Notes under the pieces: generated by a model
The model's database searches: none
Told to the model about the DNA's origin: nothing
Seen by the model: the letters and a program-made list of their open reading frames with translations, nothing else
Part shown: one piece after another, positions 6,447-16,220 of the stretch
Layout: each line of letters begins with the position of its first letter
Position numbering within the stretch: the first letter of the stretch is position 1
Source of the DNA: Fidelibacterota bacterium
GTDB lineage: Bacteria; Fidelibacterota; Fidelibacteria; Fidelibacterales; DSDE01
Direction: 5' to 3'
Length of the DNA stretch: 30,083 bases
Assembly: GCA_046735395.1 (NCBI GenBank)
Contig: JBJKQR010000033.1
Span: forward strand, 1-30,083
Position numbers and translations under genes: made by a program

Positions 6447-6722
6447 AACAGTCAAAGTAGTATAGTCCTATAGATGTAGAATGGCTCCGGGGTCGTATTC
6501 CGAACATAGGAATCGAACCTAGGAAACACGAAGTGTTTACGATTAATTCGCGAAGCGGATTCGGACCTGTCCTGTGATCAAGCGATAGCTTGAGAAACGG
6601 GGATTCCTGCCTGCCCGGCGAAGCCTTGGCGAAGTCGGGTTCAGGGTACCAAGTAAGTTAAAGTAGTATAGTCCTATAGATGTAGAATGGCTCCGGATTC
6701 GTATTTCGAACATAGGAATTGA
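6435..6722 (+). repeat. Direct repeat of the tRNA-Arg 3' end plus ~70 bp trailer
   Basis: 6435-6516 vs 6640-6722. Both begin TTCAGGGTACCAA and share a perfect 37-bp core (6454-6490 = 6660-6696). Confidence 0.92.
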
Positions 6723-6992
6723 TGGTTAGACTATGGAGATCCTCGGTTTGTTTTAATTTTGTGTCCATCTCTGCTGTCCGCAGAGTATTCTACAATTCAT
6801 GTAATTCGTGGCTTGGCCCGGCCTTCATGTAAATCGTGGTTTATGTCTTCCGGATTCACTGAAAATTATCATATCACATTTCCCGGAAAATCCGTAGTTT
6901 TGGCGCTGATTAAGCACCTGCGGATTTCCCGGCCCGGACACATCGTACTGAAGAACATCCGCAGCCCAATTCCATGAACAAAAGGGAGTTCC

Positions 6993-8630
6993 ATGATTTC
7001 AACCGACAATCTCACCGTATCCTTTGGCCAGCGGACGCTGTTCAAGGACGTGAGTATCAAGTTTTCCGATGATAATTGCTATGGCCTTATCGGCGCCAAC
7101 GGGTCCGGTAAGTCCACGTTTCTGAAAGTCCTTTCCGGGGAGATCGAAGCCTCCACCGGCGCTGTGTCCCTGCAGAAGGGGAAGCGTCTGGCGACGCTGC
7201 GTCAGGATCATTTTGCCTTTGATGAGTATACGGTCATGCAGACGGCTCTCATGGGCCACAGGGAACTGTTTGATCTGCTCAGCGAGAAGGACAGCCTGGA
7301 GAGCCGGGATGATCTGAATGATGATGAGGGTATGCGTCTGGCTGATCTCTACGGAGACCTGGCCGAGATGGGCGGCTTCGAGGCCGAGTCGGAGGCCGGC
7401 CGGCTTCTGGATGGTCTGGGCATCGGCGCTGAATTTTATGACCGTCCCATGAAAAAGCTGGAAGCCGGAATGAAAGTCCGCGTTCTGCTGGTACAGGCCC
7501 TCTTCGGCAACCCGGATATTCTGCTGCTGGATGAACCCACCAATAACCTGGATCTGGAGTCAGTGAACTGGCTCGAGGATTTTCTGTACGATTTCAGCAA
7601 TACGGTCATCGTGGTCAGCCACGACCGGCATTTTCTCAATAAAGTCTGTACCCACATTGCCGACATCGATTTCGGAACCATCCGCATTTATGCCGGGAAT
7701 TACGATTTCTGGTATCACGCCAGCCAGCTGGCCGTTCAGCGCTTTCGGGATGAAAAACGGAAACGGGAGGAAAAAATCCGGGATCTGGAAGATTTTATTT
7801 CCCGTTTTTCCGCCAATGCCAGCAAAGCCCGGCAGGCAACCAGCCGGAAGAAACTCGTGGATAAACTGACCATTGAGGACATGCCGGCCTCATCGCGGAA
7901 ACGCCCCTTTGTGGAGTTCAAAGCCGACCGGAACTGCGGAAAGAGCATTCTGACCGTGACCGGAATCAACAAAACTCTGGACGGCGAAATGCTGCTGAAA
8001 GACGTGACTTTTACCGTTGATGCCGGGGACCGGATCGTGTTTTTCGGACATAATAATAATGCCAAGACCGCCTTTTTCGATATTATCACCGGGCAGCTGG
8101 AGGCGGACAGCGGACAGGTGGACTGGGGTGTGACCATTACACCGCATTATCTGCCACGGGATTCATCGGCCTTTTTTCAGAGCGATCTGAGTATTCTGGA
8201 CTGGCTGCGGCAGTATGCACGCGAGGAAAACGGCGAGAGTTATCTGCGCGGATTTCTGGGGCGAATGCTCTTTTCCGGTGATGAAGTCACAAAAGCTGTA
8301 CGCGTTCTGTCCGGAGGAGAAAAGGTTCGCTGCATGCTCTGCCGATCCATGCTCTCCGGTGCAAATGCGCTCATCCTCGATGAACCGACCAACCATCTGG
8401 ATCTGGAAGCCATTACGGCTGTCAATGACGGGATGGACCGATTCAGGGAAGTTCTGCTCTTTGCGTCCCATGACCATGAAATGAATACGACTGTCGCCAA
8501 TCGGGTGATCGAGTTCACGCCCGGAGGCATCATTGACCGCCGCACTACGTTTGATGAATATTTCCGGGATCCGGCCATCATTGCCAAACGGACGGCCATG
8601 TACGGAAGTTATCAGCGGCCGCTGATATAA
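6993..8630 (+). CDS. ABC-F family ribosome-associated ATPase (YbiT-like)
   Basis: 545 aa, two ABC domains (GANGSGKS, LLDEPTNNLD, LSGGEK, ILDEPTNHLD), no TM segments, linker FSANASKARQATSRKK. Confidence 0.92.
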   Translation: MISTDNLTVSFGQRTLFKDVSIKFSDDNCYGLIGANGSGKSTFLKVLSGEIEASTGAVSLQKGKRLATLRQDHFAFDEYTVMQTALMGHRELFDLLSEKDSLESRDDLNDDEGMRLADLYGDLAEMGGFEAESEAGRLLDGLGIGAEFYDRPMKKLEAGMKVRVLLVQALFGNPDILLLDEPTNNLDLESVNWLEDFLYDFSNTVIVVSHDRHFLNKVCTHIADIDFGTIRIYAGNYDFWYHASQLAVQRFRDEKRKREEKIRDLEDFISRFSANASKARQATSRKKLVDKLTIEDMPASSRKRPFVEFKADRNCGKSILTVTGINKTLDGEMLLKDVTFTVDAGDRIVFFGHNNNAKTAFFDIITGQLEADSGQVDWGVTITPHYLPRDSSAFFQSDLSILDWLRQYAREENGESYLRGFLGRMLFSGDEVTKAVRVLSGGEKVRCMLCRSMLSGANALILDEPTNHLDLEAITAVNDGMDRFREVLLFASHDHEMNTTVANRVIEFTPGGIIDRRTTFDEYFRDPAIIAKRTAMYGSYQRPLI

Positions 8631-8678
8631 AATATTGCCCCGGAACCGGCGTAAGCTGATTCCGCTGATGGAGAAAGG

Positions 8679-9374
8679 ATGAGAAATATGGAAACTGTAC
8701 TTATTGCCGGAGCGTCCCGGGGAATCGGCCTGGCGCTCGCAGAGCAATTTCTTGAAAAGGGATATGATGTCATTGCCACGTATCGGGGGGCAGCGGTTCC
8801 AGCGAATCTGGAAAAACTGGCATCTTCAGGCCGGCTCAGCTGTCTGTCTCTGAATGTGACCGATGGCCAATCCATTGCCACGCTTGTCGCCAAGTTGGAT
8901 GGCAGAGTGCTGGATATTCTCATCAATAACGCCGGAATTCAGGGGCCGAAACAGCAGACGCTGCAGGAGATGGATGCGGATGGGTGGATGGAAACCTTGC
9001 GCGTGAACACCATTGCGCCCTTTATGCTGAGTCAGGCTTTGCTTCCCAATCTGCGGCTTTCTGCAAATCCGCGGATTCTTACTGTTTCGAGTCAGATGGG
9101 CGCGCTGAACGGGCAGGGCGCCGGTTTCTACGCCTACCGAAGTTCAAAGGCCGCCGTCAATAAAGTCATGCAGGTTCTCGCCGGGGAACTGAAGCAGGAG
9201 GGAATCATTGTGGTTCCGGTTCACCCTGGTTGGGTGCGGACCGACATGGGCGGATCCCAGGCGGATATTTCTCCCCGGGAAAGCGCTGCCGGCCTGTTCG
9301 AACTTGCCTGTCGTCTCCGGACTGAAGACAGCGGACGCTTCTTCACCTGGCAGGGAACAGAGCATGCATGGTAG
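8679..9374 (+). CDS. SDR family oxidoreductase (CsgA-like)
   Basis: GASRGIG, NNAG, YRSSK, HPGWVRTDMGG. Alternative start at 8688. Confidence 0.92.
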   Translation: MRNMETVLIAGASRGIGLALAEQFLEKGYDVIATYRGAAVPANLEKLASSGRLSCLSLNVTDGQSIATLVAKLDGRVLDILINNAGIQGPKQQTLQEMDADGWMETLRVNTIAPFMLSQALLPNLRLSANPRILTVSSQMGALNGQGAGFYAYRSSKAAVNKVMQVLAGELKQEGIIVVPVHPGWVRTDMGGSQADISPRESAAGLFELACRLRTEDSGRFFTWQGTEHAW

Positions 9375-9432
9375 ACAGGGAATATATCCCGTACAAACCA
9401 AATCATTCAATTGCTGATTTTTCCGTCAAGAC

Positions 9433-10038
9433 ATGATGAATATTAATTTTATAGCCCTTACGCTCTTTGTTTTCATAACGACCTTCACGCCGGGGCCGAA
9501 TAATATTTCCTGCGCCTCGTCAGGCCTGCGCTTCGGATATCGCCGGACTCTGCCCTACTTGGCCGGGATCGGAAGCGGTTTCTTTCTGCTCATGCTGGCC
9601 TGCATGAGTTTTGCCACGCTGCTGGGAGAGTGGCTGCAGCATTATGAACATATTATTCGCATCGCCGGTTCATTGTACATCACGTGGCTGGCCTGGAAGA
9701 GCCTGGGAATTTCCTATACGGACGAAGACTCCGGGCCTGTTTCCGTCTCGTCATTTCAGAACGGATTCTGGCTTCAGATGGTGAATCCCAAGGCTATTCT
9801 CTATGGCCTCACCATTTTTTCCACCTTTCTGATGCCTGTGAATGGTGAGATCGGAATTCTTATTTTTCTGTCCCTGCTTTTCACTCTGGTTACGTTCAGC
9901 GCCATTTCTCTGTGGGCCCTGTCGGGAGCGTGGATACGGGGTAATTTAAAATCAAATAAATTACAGAAAATACTCAATTACCTGCTCAGCGCGGCGCTTT
10001 TCGCGATTGCCGTCGATCTGACAGGTTTTCTTTCCTGA
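9433..10038 (+). CDS. LysE/RhtB family exporter (EamB-like)
   Basis: TPGPNN and QMVNPK motifs, about six hydrophobic segments. Confidence 0.88.
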   Translation: MMNINFIALTLFVFITTFTPGPNNISCASSGLRFGYRRTLPYLAGIGSGFFLLMLACMSFATLLGEWLQHYEHIIRIAGSLYITWLAWKSLGISYTDEDSGPVSVSSFQNGFWLQMVNPKAILYGLTIFSTFLMPVNGEIGILIFLSLLFTLVTFSAISLWALSGAWIRGNLKSNKLQKILNYLLSAALFAIAVDLTGFLS

Positions 10039-10044
10039 TATAAA

Positions 10045-10473
10045 TTAATCAGTCAGAAGTGTCGCCGTCAGAGTGATGTCCGTATTCAGCACTCTGGATA
10101 CGGGGCAGCCGCTCTTGGCATTATTTGCCGCAGTGAGAAATGCCTCCTCATCCGCGCCGGGTACGCGTGCCTTCAGGTCCAGATGGATGGATGTAATGGT
10201 AAATCCGGCATCCGTCCGTTCCATTCTCAGTACGGCTTCAGTCTGAATGGATTCGGCTGTGAGTCCGGCATTTGCCAGCTGGCCGGACAGCGCCATGGAA
10301 AAACACCCCGCATGAGCAGCGGCAATCAGTTCCTCCGGATTTGTCCCTTTCTCGTTTTCAAAACGCGTGCTGAAGGAATAGGGTGTTTCAGACAGAACCC
10401 CGCTGTCAGTCGAAAGTGCCCCTTTGCCGCTCTTCAGATCACCTTTCCAAACCGCATTTGCCCGTCTTTTCAT
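10045..10473 (-). CDS. osmC: OsmC peroxiredoxin
   Basis: GTNPEELIAAAHAGCFSMAL and CPVS motifs. Confidence 0.93.
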   Translation of the reverse strand: MKRRANAVWKGDLKSGKGALSTDSGVLSETPYSFSTRFENEKGTNPEELIAAAHAGCFSMALSGQLANAGLTAESIQTEAVLRMERTDAGFTITSIHLDLKARVPGADEEAFLTAANNAKSGCPVSRVLNTDITLTATLLTD

Positions 10474-10657
10474 AATTTACCTCGCTGCTGATGATTGCTG
10501 TCAGTCCGGACGTCATGTCCCGAATCTCTATTGTCATCAGTATACAGGTTTTTCCTTTTCCAGACAATATAAAATACCGGATCAGCGATGCCGGCTGAAA
10601 TGGATTTGCTGGTTAAATCAAAATCAGAGATGTTTTATAAATATTTATAATAGTATT

Positions 10658-11494
10658 TTAGTTACTCTTTTGACATGATGGACAGAAATGAGTTGATCGT
10701 CCCGCTATTCGGATCTGCTCAATGGGTGTATGGCAGCGACGGCAGGGTTCGTCCCTGCGGCCGTAAACGGCCAGACTCATGGTATGATTTCCGGCCTGTC
10801 CGTCCGGGCGACGGTAATTTCCCAATCCGGACCCGAGCGAGCTGCCCCGGTGGGCGATGGCCGTCTTCAGGATGCGCTGTGTGGCGATCAGAATGGCAGC
10901 CGCGGCGGTCCTGCTTATCTGTGAACCCGGTGTGAGCGGGTGCAAGCGGGTTTCAAAAAGGATTTCATCGGCATAGATATTCCCGATGCCGGCGAGGATG
11001 TGCTGATCGAGAAGGAGGGCCTTGATACTGCGCCGGCTGCGGTTCAGGATTCCGGCAAACTCATCCGGATCAGGAGATGTATCCAGGGCATCTGCTCCCA
11101 GTCTATCACCCGGGAAATTCTGTTCGGAAGCGAGAGTCCAGCGGCCGAATTTCCGTGTATCGTTGAAAACCAGATCCAGACCGCCATTCAGATGAAGAAT
11201 AATCCGGTCATGCGGCTGAACGGAACGGAGGGAGGCGGTTTCGAGGCGGAATTTTCCGGTCATCCTCAGGTGGACGAACAAGGTTTCGGGAGAATTCAGA
11301 CGGATCAGAATATATTTACCGGTTCGGCTAATTTCTCGAATGGTCTTTCCCGTAAGTCGCGCAATACCATCCGAAGCGAAGCTGGCGTCCAGAGTGCCGG
11401 GGTTCAGAATATCCATGGAAAGAATGCTGTGTCCGGGCAGACCGGAGCTGATGAGCTCATTGACGATGGTCTGGACTTCCGGTAGTTCGGGCAT
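10658..11494 (-). CDS. mutM: Formamidopyrimidine-DNA glycosylase
   Basis: MPELPEV, HLRMTG, GIGNIYADE, C-terminal zinc finger CRRC...CPSCQ. Confidence 0.96.
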   Translation of the reverse strand: MPELPEVQTIVNELISSGLPGHSILSMDILNPGTLDASFASDGIARLTGKTIREISRTGKYILIRLNSPETLFVHLRMTGKFRLETASLRSVQPHDRIILHLNGGLDLVFNDTRKFGRWTLASEQNFPGDRLGADALDTSPDPDEFAGILNRSRRSIKALLLDQHILAGIGNIYADEILFETRLHPLTPGSQISRTAAAAILIATQRILKTAIAHRGSSLGSGLGNYRRPDGQAGNHTMSLAVYGRRDEPCRRCHTPIEQIRIAGRSTHFCPSCQKSN

Positions 11495-11497
11495 GAC

Positions 11498-12349
11498 TCA
11501 CTCAGCTCCGATGCTCAGCAGCAGCAATGAGACCATGGCTGTGGCGAGAGCCGCTTTACCCGCGGTATTCAGCCTTTCCTTCCAGAGAAGGCGGGCGGCC
11601 ACCGTGGTGAAAAGGATGACTCCCATATTGTTGAGGGGGTAGACCAGAACGCCTGGAAGCCTATCGAGGGCCCCAAGCAGAAACCAGGCTGACCCCATAT
11701 TGGGAATACCGAGGATCAGGCCTGTTTTCAATGCGTTGACATCCGTTTTTTCCTGTTGCAGCCGAATGACAAACAGAACATAGAGCAGGGCGCTCAGAAA
11801 AGTGAAAAAAATGAGCCAGGGTTCTTCGCTGCTGCTGCGGAGTCCCTGAAATAGTTTGAGCGAAAAGTCACTGCTGCCGATACCGGTCATGACAGCCAGA
11901 AGGATCAGATAGCCACGGATGCGAAGGGTGCCGCGGCCGTGCTGCCGAAGGGATATATAGAAAAGCAGGATGGTAAGAAGGGCGATGACGAGACCAATAG
12001 TTTGATGATAATTTAACCTTTCATCGAATATAAGAAAGGAAAACAGAACAGGAATGAGCAGGGATAAGCGGGATGCAGTGGTCGCAAGCGCTGTCCCTGC
12101 CAGGGTGACAGCACGGGCAAAGGCAAAGAAGGACATGGAAAAAAACAGTCCGAGGCCGAATCCGTACAGGGCCGTAAACCCAGACAGCTGAGTGCCCGGT
12201 GTCGATACAATATGAAGCAGAGCCAGAATGGATGCGCTGAAATAATTCGCAGCCAGAAGCTGCAGTGTGGAATGTCCACCTTCACTGTTCTGTCTGAGAA
12301 TCAGCGCGATGCTGCTGCTGCAGAGTATCGTGAGAACGAGAAAAAGCAT
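11498..12349 (-). CDS. DMT/EamA-family membrane transporter
   Basis: 283 aa, about ten TM segments in two repeats (FDERL / WKERL). Confidence 0.8.
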   Translation of the reverse strand: MLFLVLTILCSSSIALILRQNSEGGHSTLQLLAANYFSASILALLHIVSTPGTQLSGFTALYGFGLGLFFSMSFFAFARAVTLAGTALATTASRLSLLIPVLFSFLIFDERLNYHQTIGLVIALLTILLFYISLRQHGRGTLRIRGYLILLAVMTGIGSSDFSLKLFQGLRSSSEEPWLIFFTFLSALLYVLFVIRLQQEKTDVNALKTGLILGIPNMGSAWFLLGALDRLPGVLVYPLNNMGVILFTTVAARLLWKERLNTAGKAALATAMVSLLLLSIGAE

Positions 12350-12368
12350 GGGTATATATAATCAGAAA

Positions 12369-13217
12369 TTATTTCGAAAAGTCGAGACTGTCTCCCGGAA
12401 CATGAGGATTGACAGGCGTGGCCGGATCAAAACTGAACAGCGCTTCCGGATTTGTCAGCCGGACAATTTTCACATTATGGATCCGGGAGCACTTCACTAA
12501 CTGTTCGCCGAGTCCGTGGGTGCCCTTCTGGCTGCTCCAGTAGAGAAGCTGACGTGTCGTGTCGCTGTCGCCGTACCAACCCAGAAAGATCACAGAGTGG
12601 CCGCCGCCATGTTTCCAGGAAATATTCATGAAATCACCGGGACGGGCCTCGCGGGGGCTCACTTCTTTCCCCATTCCGCTGTACTGAACCAGTGCAAATT
12701 CACTTCCGAAACCATCCGCATTCCACTGTCCCCAGAATTTGATGCCGTCTTCGCGACGTCCGCCATCGGGTTCCTGCATGCGCAGAGCTTCCAGCCGGTC
12801 GCTGCTCAGTTCATTCTGACGATTCTGAAATATGAGATTCAGCCCCTCGATGAAAGCGGCATAGGAGGAGCCGCTGCAATAGGATGTGCCGCGGGGCGGA
12901 TCGATGAGGCTGCCTCCCCCGAAATGAAGGGGATATCCGATGGGTGATTCGGCGGGAACAGCCTTCAGGCCGATGAAATATCCTCCGCCGTCGGGAGCCG
13001 TGGACTGGACTTTGTCAATTCCCTGTAAAATCATCTTGTTGTAGTCGGGTGCATCCTGGCCGAAACGGTCGAAATGGCTCTCATTCCAGGCGTTTTCCGT
13101 AAGTTGGGAGTCCTTCAGAAAATACCAGTCGGCCGTATGGCGCGGGCAGTTGCATCCGGTAATGAAGAATACTGCAGATAACAGCGCAGCGATCAGTGAG
13201 GCTCGAAAAAAATTCAT
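12369..13217 (-). CDS. Lipoprotein with a putative NlpC/P60 (papain-like) Cys-His domain
   Basis: Start at 13217 (MNFFRASLIAALLSAVFFITGC, lipobox), GGAG RBS upstream. YCSG ... ARPGDF ... GHSVIFLG motifs. Confidence 0.6.
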   Translation of the reverse strand: MNFFRASLIAALLSAVFFITGCNCPRHTADWYFLKDSQLTENAWNESHFDRFGQDAPDYNKMILQGIDKVQSTAPDGGGYFIGLKAVPAESPIGYPLHFGGGSLIDPPRGTSYCSGSSYAAFIEGLNLIFQNRQNELSSDRLEALRMQEPDGGRREDGIKFWGQWNADGFGSEFALVQYSGMGKEVSPREARPGDFMNISWKHGGGHSVIFLGWYGDSDTTRQLLYWSSQKGTHGLGEQLVKCSRIHNVKIVRLTNPEALFSFDPATPVNPHVPGDSLDFSK

Positions 13218-13251
13218 GACACAGGCTCCTTCCGTATAGGGATTTCCCGGA

Positions 13252-15081
13252 TCAGGGCTGAGGCTGGATATTCTTTCTCTTCTGCGACAGCCGTTTATTT
13301 GCATCCAGTTCCATTTTTCGCAGGCGGATAGATTTGGGTGTGACCTCCACCAGTTCATCTTCGGCGATAAACTCTATACATTGGTCCAGTGAGAGGTTTC
13401 TCGGCGGACGGAGTGTAACCGTTGCTTCGGATGTGGCCGACCGCATATTCGTTAACTTTTTTTCCCGGGTGATATTGACTAGCAGGTCTTCGGTCCGGTT
13501 CCGCTCTCCGATGACCATACCGTCATAGACGTCAATTCCGACTTCCACAAACAGCTCGCCGCGATCGACGGTGCCGAGGGATGCATAGGCTGTGACGCGT
13601 CCCATCCGGTCGGCGACAATGGCTCCGCTCACCCGCTGGGGGATGGGGCCGAACCAGTCTGCATAGCCCTCAAAGAGGCTGTTCATGATGCCGGCGCCCT
13701 TCGTATCCGTGAGAAACTGGCTGCGGAAGCCGATCAGTCCCCGGGAGGGAATGACGAATTCCATGGTGCTGCGGCCATGGCCGAGATTTTCCATTTTCAG
13801 CATCTTGCCCTTGCGGATACTGAGCTTTTCGGTGACGATCCCCACCTTGTCCTCCGGGACATCAATATACACCCGTTCGAGGGGTTCCTGAACCTTTCCG
13901 TCCTTCTCATGGGTAATGACCTTAGGTTTGGAGACCATGAATTCAAAGCCTTCCCGGCGCATGGTTTCGATGAGAATGGCCATCTGCAGTTCGCCGCGGC
14001 CACGGATCTCATAGGCATCCGCCCGGTCTGTGGGCAGGATCGCCATACTCACGTTGCGGAGCATTTCCCTCTCCAGCCTGTCCTTCAGGTGACGGGTGGT
14101 GAGGAACTTTCCCTCCTTGCCGGCAAAGGGTGAATTATTGACATAAAAAAGCATGGAAACGGTGGGTTCGTCGATTTTCAGCCGGGGAAGCGGCTGCGGG
14201 TCCGTATCGGAGCTGATGGTATCCCCGATGGTAATGTTTTCCACTCCGGCGATGGCAATGATGTCACCGGCGTCCGTTTCCTCCGTCTGCAGTTTCTGCA
14301 GGCCTTTGAAGCTGTAGAGCGCCGAAAATTTAATGCCATGCTTGACGGAATCCTTTCCGCAGAGGCTGTAAAGTGTATTCATGGCCAGCTTCCCGTTATT
14401 CAGGCGGCCGATGGCCAGCTGTCCCACATATGGATCATAATCGAGATTGGTGATGAGAAACTGGGGCGTGGCCTCGTCATCGGCGATGGGGCCGGGAATG
14501 GTTTCAATAATGGTGTCGAAGAGCGGTTTGAGATCCTCAGATCCGTCATCAAGTGACTGATGAGCAATTCCGACCTTGGCATTGGTATAGATAATGGGAA
14601 ATTCGATCTGGCTTTCGTCCGCATCCAGGTCGATGAACAGATCGTACACTTCGTTGATGACTTCGTCGATACGGGCATCGCTGCGGTCGATTTTATTAAT
14701 GACCAGAATGACGGGCAGGGATTTTTCCAGGGCCTTCTTGAGAACGAAGCGGGTCTGGGGAAGGGGGCCTTCGCTCGAATCCACCAGCAGCAGCGCGCCG
14801 TCAACCAGATTTAAACTCCGTTCGACCTCACCGCCGAAATCGGCATGTCCCGGCGTATCCATAATATTGATCTTGATATCCTTGTACCAGATGGCTGTAT
14901 TTTTCGCGCTGATGGTGATGCCGCGTTCCCGTTCCAGATCCATGGAGTCCATGACCCGGTCTGCCACATCCTGGTGTTCGTGAAAGGTTCCGCTCTGCCT
15001 GAGCATGCCATCCACCAGAGTGGTTTTACCGTGATCCACATGGGCAATGATGGCAATGTTTCTGAATGTATTTTTCCGCAT
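13252..15081 (-). CDS. typA: Translational GTPase TypA/BipA
   Basis: [55 protein letters not shown]. Confidence 0.97.
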   Translation of the reverse strand: MRKNTFRNIAIIAHVDHGKTTLVDGMLRQSGTFHEHQDVADRVMDSMDLERERGITISAKNTAIWYKDIKINIMDTPGHADFGGEVERSLNLVDGALLLVDSSEGPLPQTRFVLKKALEKSLPVILVINKIDRSDARIDEVINEVYDLFIDLDADESQIEFPIIYTNAKVGIAHQSLDDGSEDLKPLFDTIIETIPGPIADDEATPQFLITNLDYDPYVGQLAIGRLNNGKLAMNTLYSLCGKDSVKHGIKFSALYSFKGLQKLQTEETDAGDIIAIAGVENITIGDTISSDTDPQPLPRLKIDEPTVSMLFYVNNSPFAGKEGKFLTTRHLKDRLEREMLRNVSMAILPTDRADAYEIRGRGELQMAILIETMRREGFEFMVSKPKVITHEKDGKVQEPLERVYIDVPEDKVGIVTEKLSIRKGKMLKMENLGHGRSTMEFVIPSRGLIGFRSQFLTDTKGAGIMNSLFEGYADWFGPIPQRVSGAIVADRMGRVTAYASLGTVDRGELFVEVGIDVYDGMVIGERNRTEDLLVNITREKKLTNMRSATSEATVTLRPPRNLSLDQCIEFIAEDELVEVTPKSIRLRKMELDANKRLSQKRKNIQPQP

Positions 15082-15341
15082 GATGTTCCTTTTTTTGATT
15101 CAGCCCTAAATTTAGGCAATATTCCTCTCCTTTTCATTGCTTTTATCAGGAATCATGACTTTGAGTGGAAGACATAAATCCGTAAAGCCGCAAAACAGTA
15201 CAGATGTAGAGCGGAGAAGGCTCGTAGATTTCGATTGATGAAATCTGAATAATGAATCTTTTATTAAACAGCCGCTGACGGTCCTGTTCGCAGTGTAGAA
15301 CCGAGATGTATCGCGTCTTGGTAATAAGGTGTTTTATGTTC

Positions 15342-15369
15342 GTAGAGACGTTGTATGCAATGTCTCTAC
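15342..15369. repeat. GTAG-type REP-like palindrome
   Basis: GTAGAGACGTTGTA|TGCAATGTCTCTAC imperfect palindrome. A degenerate relative, gtagaaccgagatgtatcgcgtct, lies at ~15295-15318. Confidence 0.65.
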
Positions 15370-15386
15370 CTTGTCTTCAAATTCTG

Positions 15387-15971
15387 TTATTTATCCAGCT
15401 TCTTTTTAAGCCGGGCAAGGTTTTGATAAACCATTTTCAATTTCTGGGTCGGAATCCCTCTGTCCTTGCCGCCTGCAGCGATGGATTGGATAAGGTCAAA
15501 GGGCAGGGAGGGCTGACGTGCCAGAATCCAGGCTGTTCCGATGTCATCGCTTTTCACAAGGGCCCACTGGTAATCCTCCCGATCGAAATCCATGATCTTG
15601 AAATCACCGCCGAAAAACAGAACATATGAGATCCGCAGACAGCCATGCTGCATGCTGTCCGGAAGCCAGAGGCGGCCAGTCTTTTCCTGCCAGTCCCGTT
15701 TTCGCGTATTCCAGCTGCGGTGAATCACGGAGTAGCCCTCATCTTTCATATTCAGGCTGATGGTCATACTCACGATTTCCAGGTTCTTTTCATCGGAATG
15801 GGGGATTCGTGCGATCTCATACCATATTCCCGTAAATTTCGTGATGTCAAAATCGTGTGCGGTCTCATCACAATTCTGGTTTCCGGCAGGATGATACTGA
15901 CAGGAAATAAGGATTGTCATCAGGATAAGCAGTCCAATTCCCTTCAATAATGATCGGATGTGACGTGTCAT
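15387..15971 (-). CDS. blc: Lipocalin family lipoprotein (Blc-like)
   Basis: Lipobox LISC, FTGIWYEIAR (GxW motif), AWILAR. Confidence 0.85.
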   Translation of the reverse strand: MTRHIRSLLKGIGLLILMTILISCQYHPAGNQNCDETAHDFDITKFTGIWYEIARIPHSDEKNLEIVSMTISLNMKDEGYSVIHRSWNTRKRDWQEKTGRLWLPDSMQHGCLRISYVLFFGGDFKIMDFDREDYQWALVKSDDIGTAWILARQPSLPFDLIQSIAAGGKDRGIPTQKLKMVYQNLARLKKKLDK

Positions 15972-16220
15972 ACTCCCTTCCTAAGGCTCTGTTTTCGAAA
16001 AAAGATACTAACAAATTCAAGGAATAAAAAGAAATTTCCCGGTATTTGTACGTGATATCTAAAAATATCAACAGGATAGGATGTTATCAATAAATTCGTG
16101 GATACGCTTCTGAATGAGGGTCGGAAATTGGGGGGACAACAGTGATCCGAAAAATGTCCGAAGGCTGATTTTGGCGAAAATTCACCTGTATTTCCTTGGC
16201 TATAAATCCTAATTTATGAG

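Noticed and set aside
1740..6722. CRISPR array interpretation of the repeats
   Set aside because: The repeats are long, modular and degenerate, are separated by whole genes rather than uniform spacers, and there are no cas genes.
5714..6977. Short ORFs at 5714, 5814, 5931, 5974, 6123, 6759 and 6869
   Set aside because: They overlap tRNAs, promoters, the tandem duplication or the ABC-F start, with no recognisable motifs.
13218..13358. N-terminal extensions given by the ORF track (also 2961, 4664, 17026, 20462, 25510, 26303)
   Set aside because: Downstream ATGs have better RBS and family-consistent N-termini, and most extensions overlap neighbouring genes.
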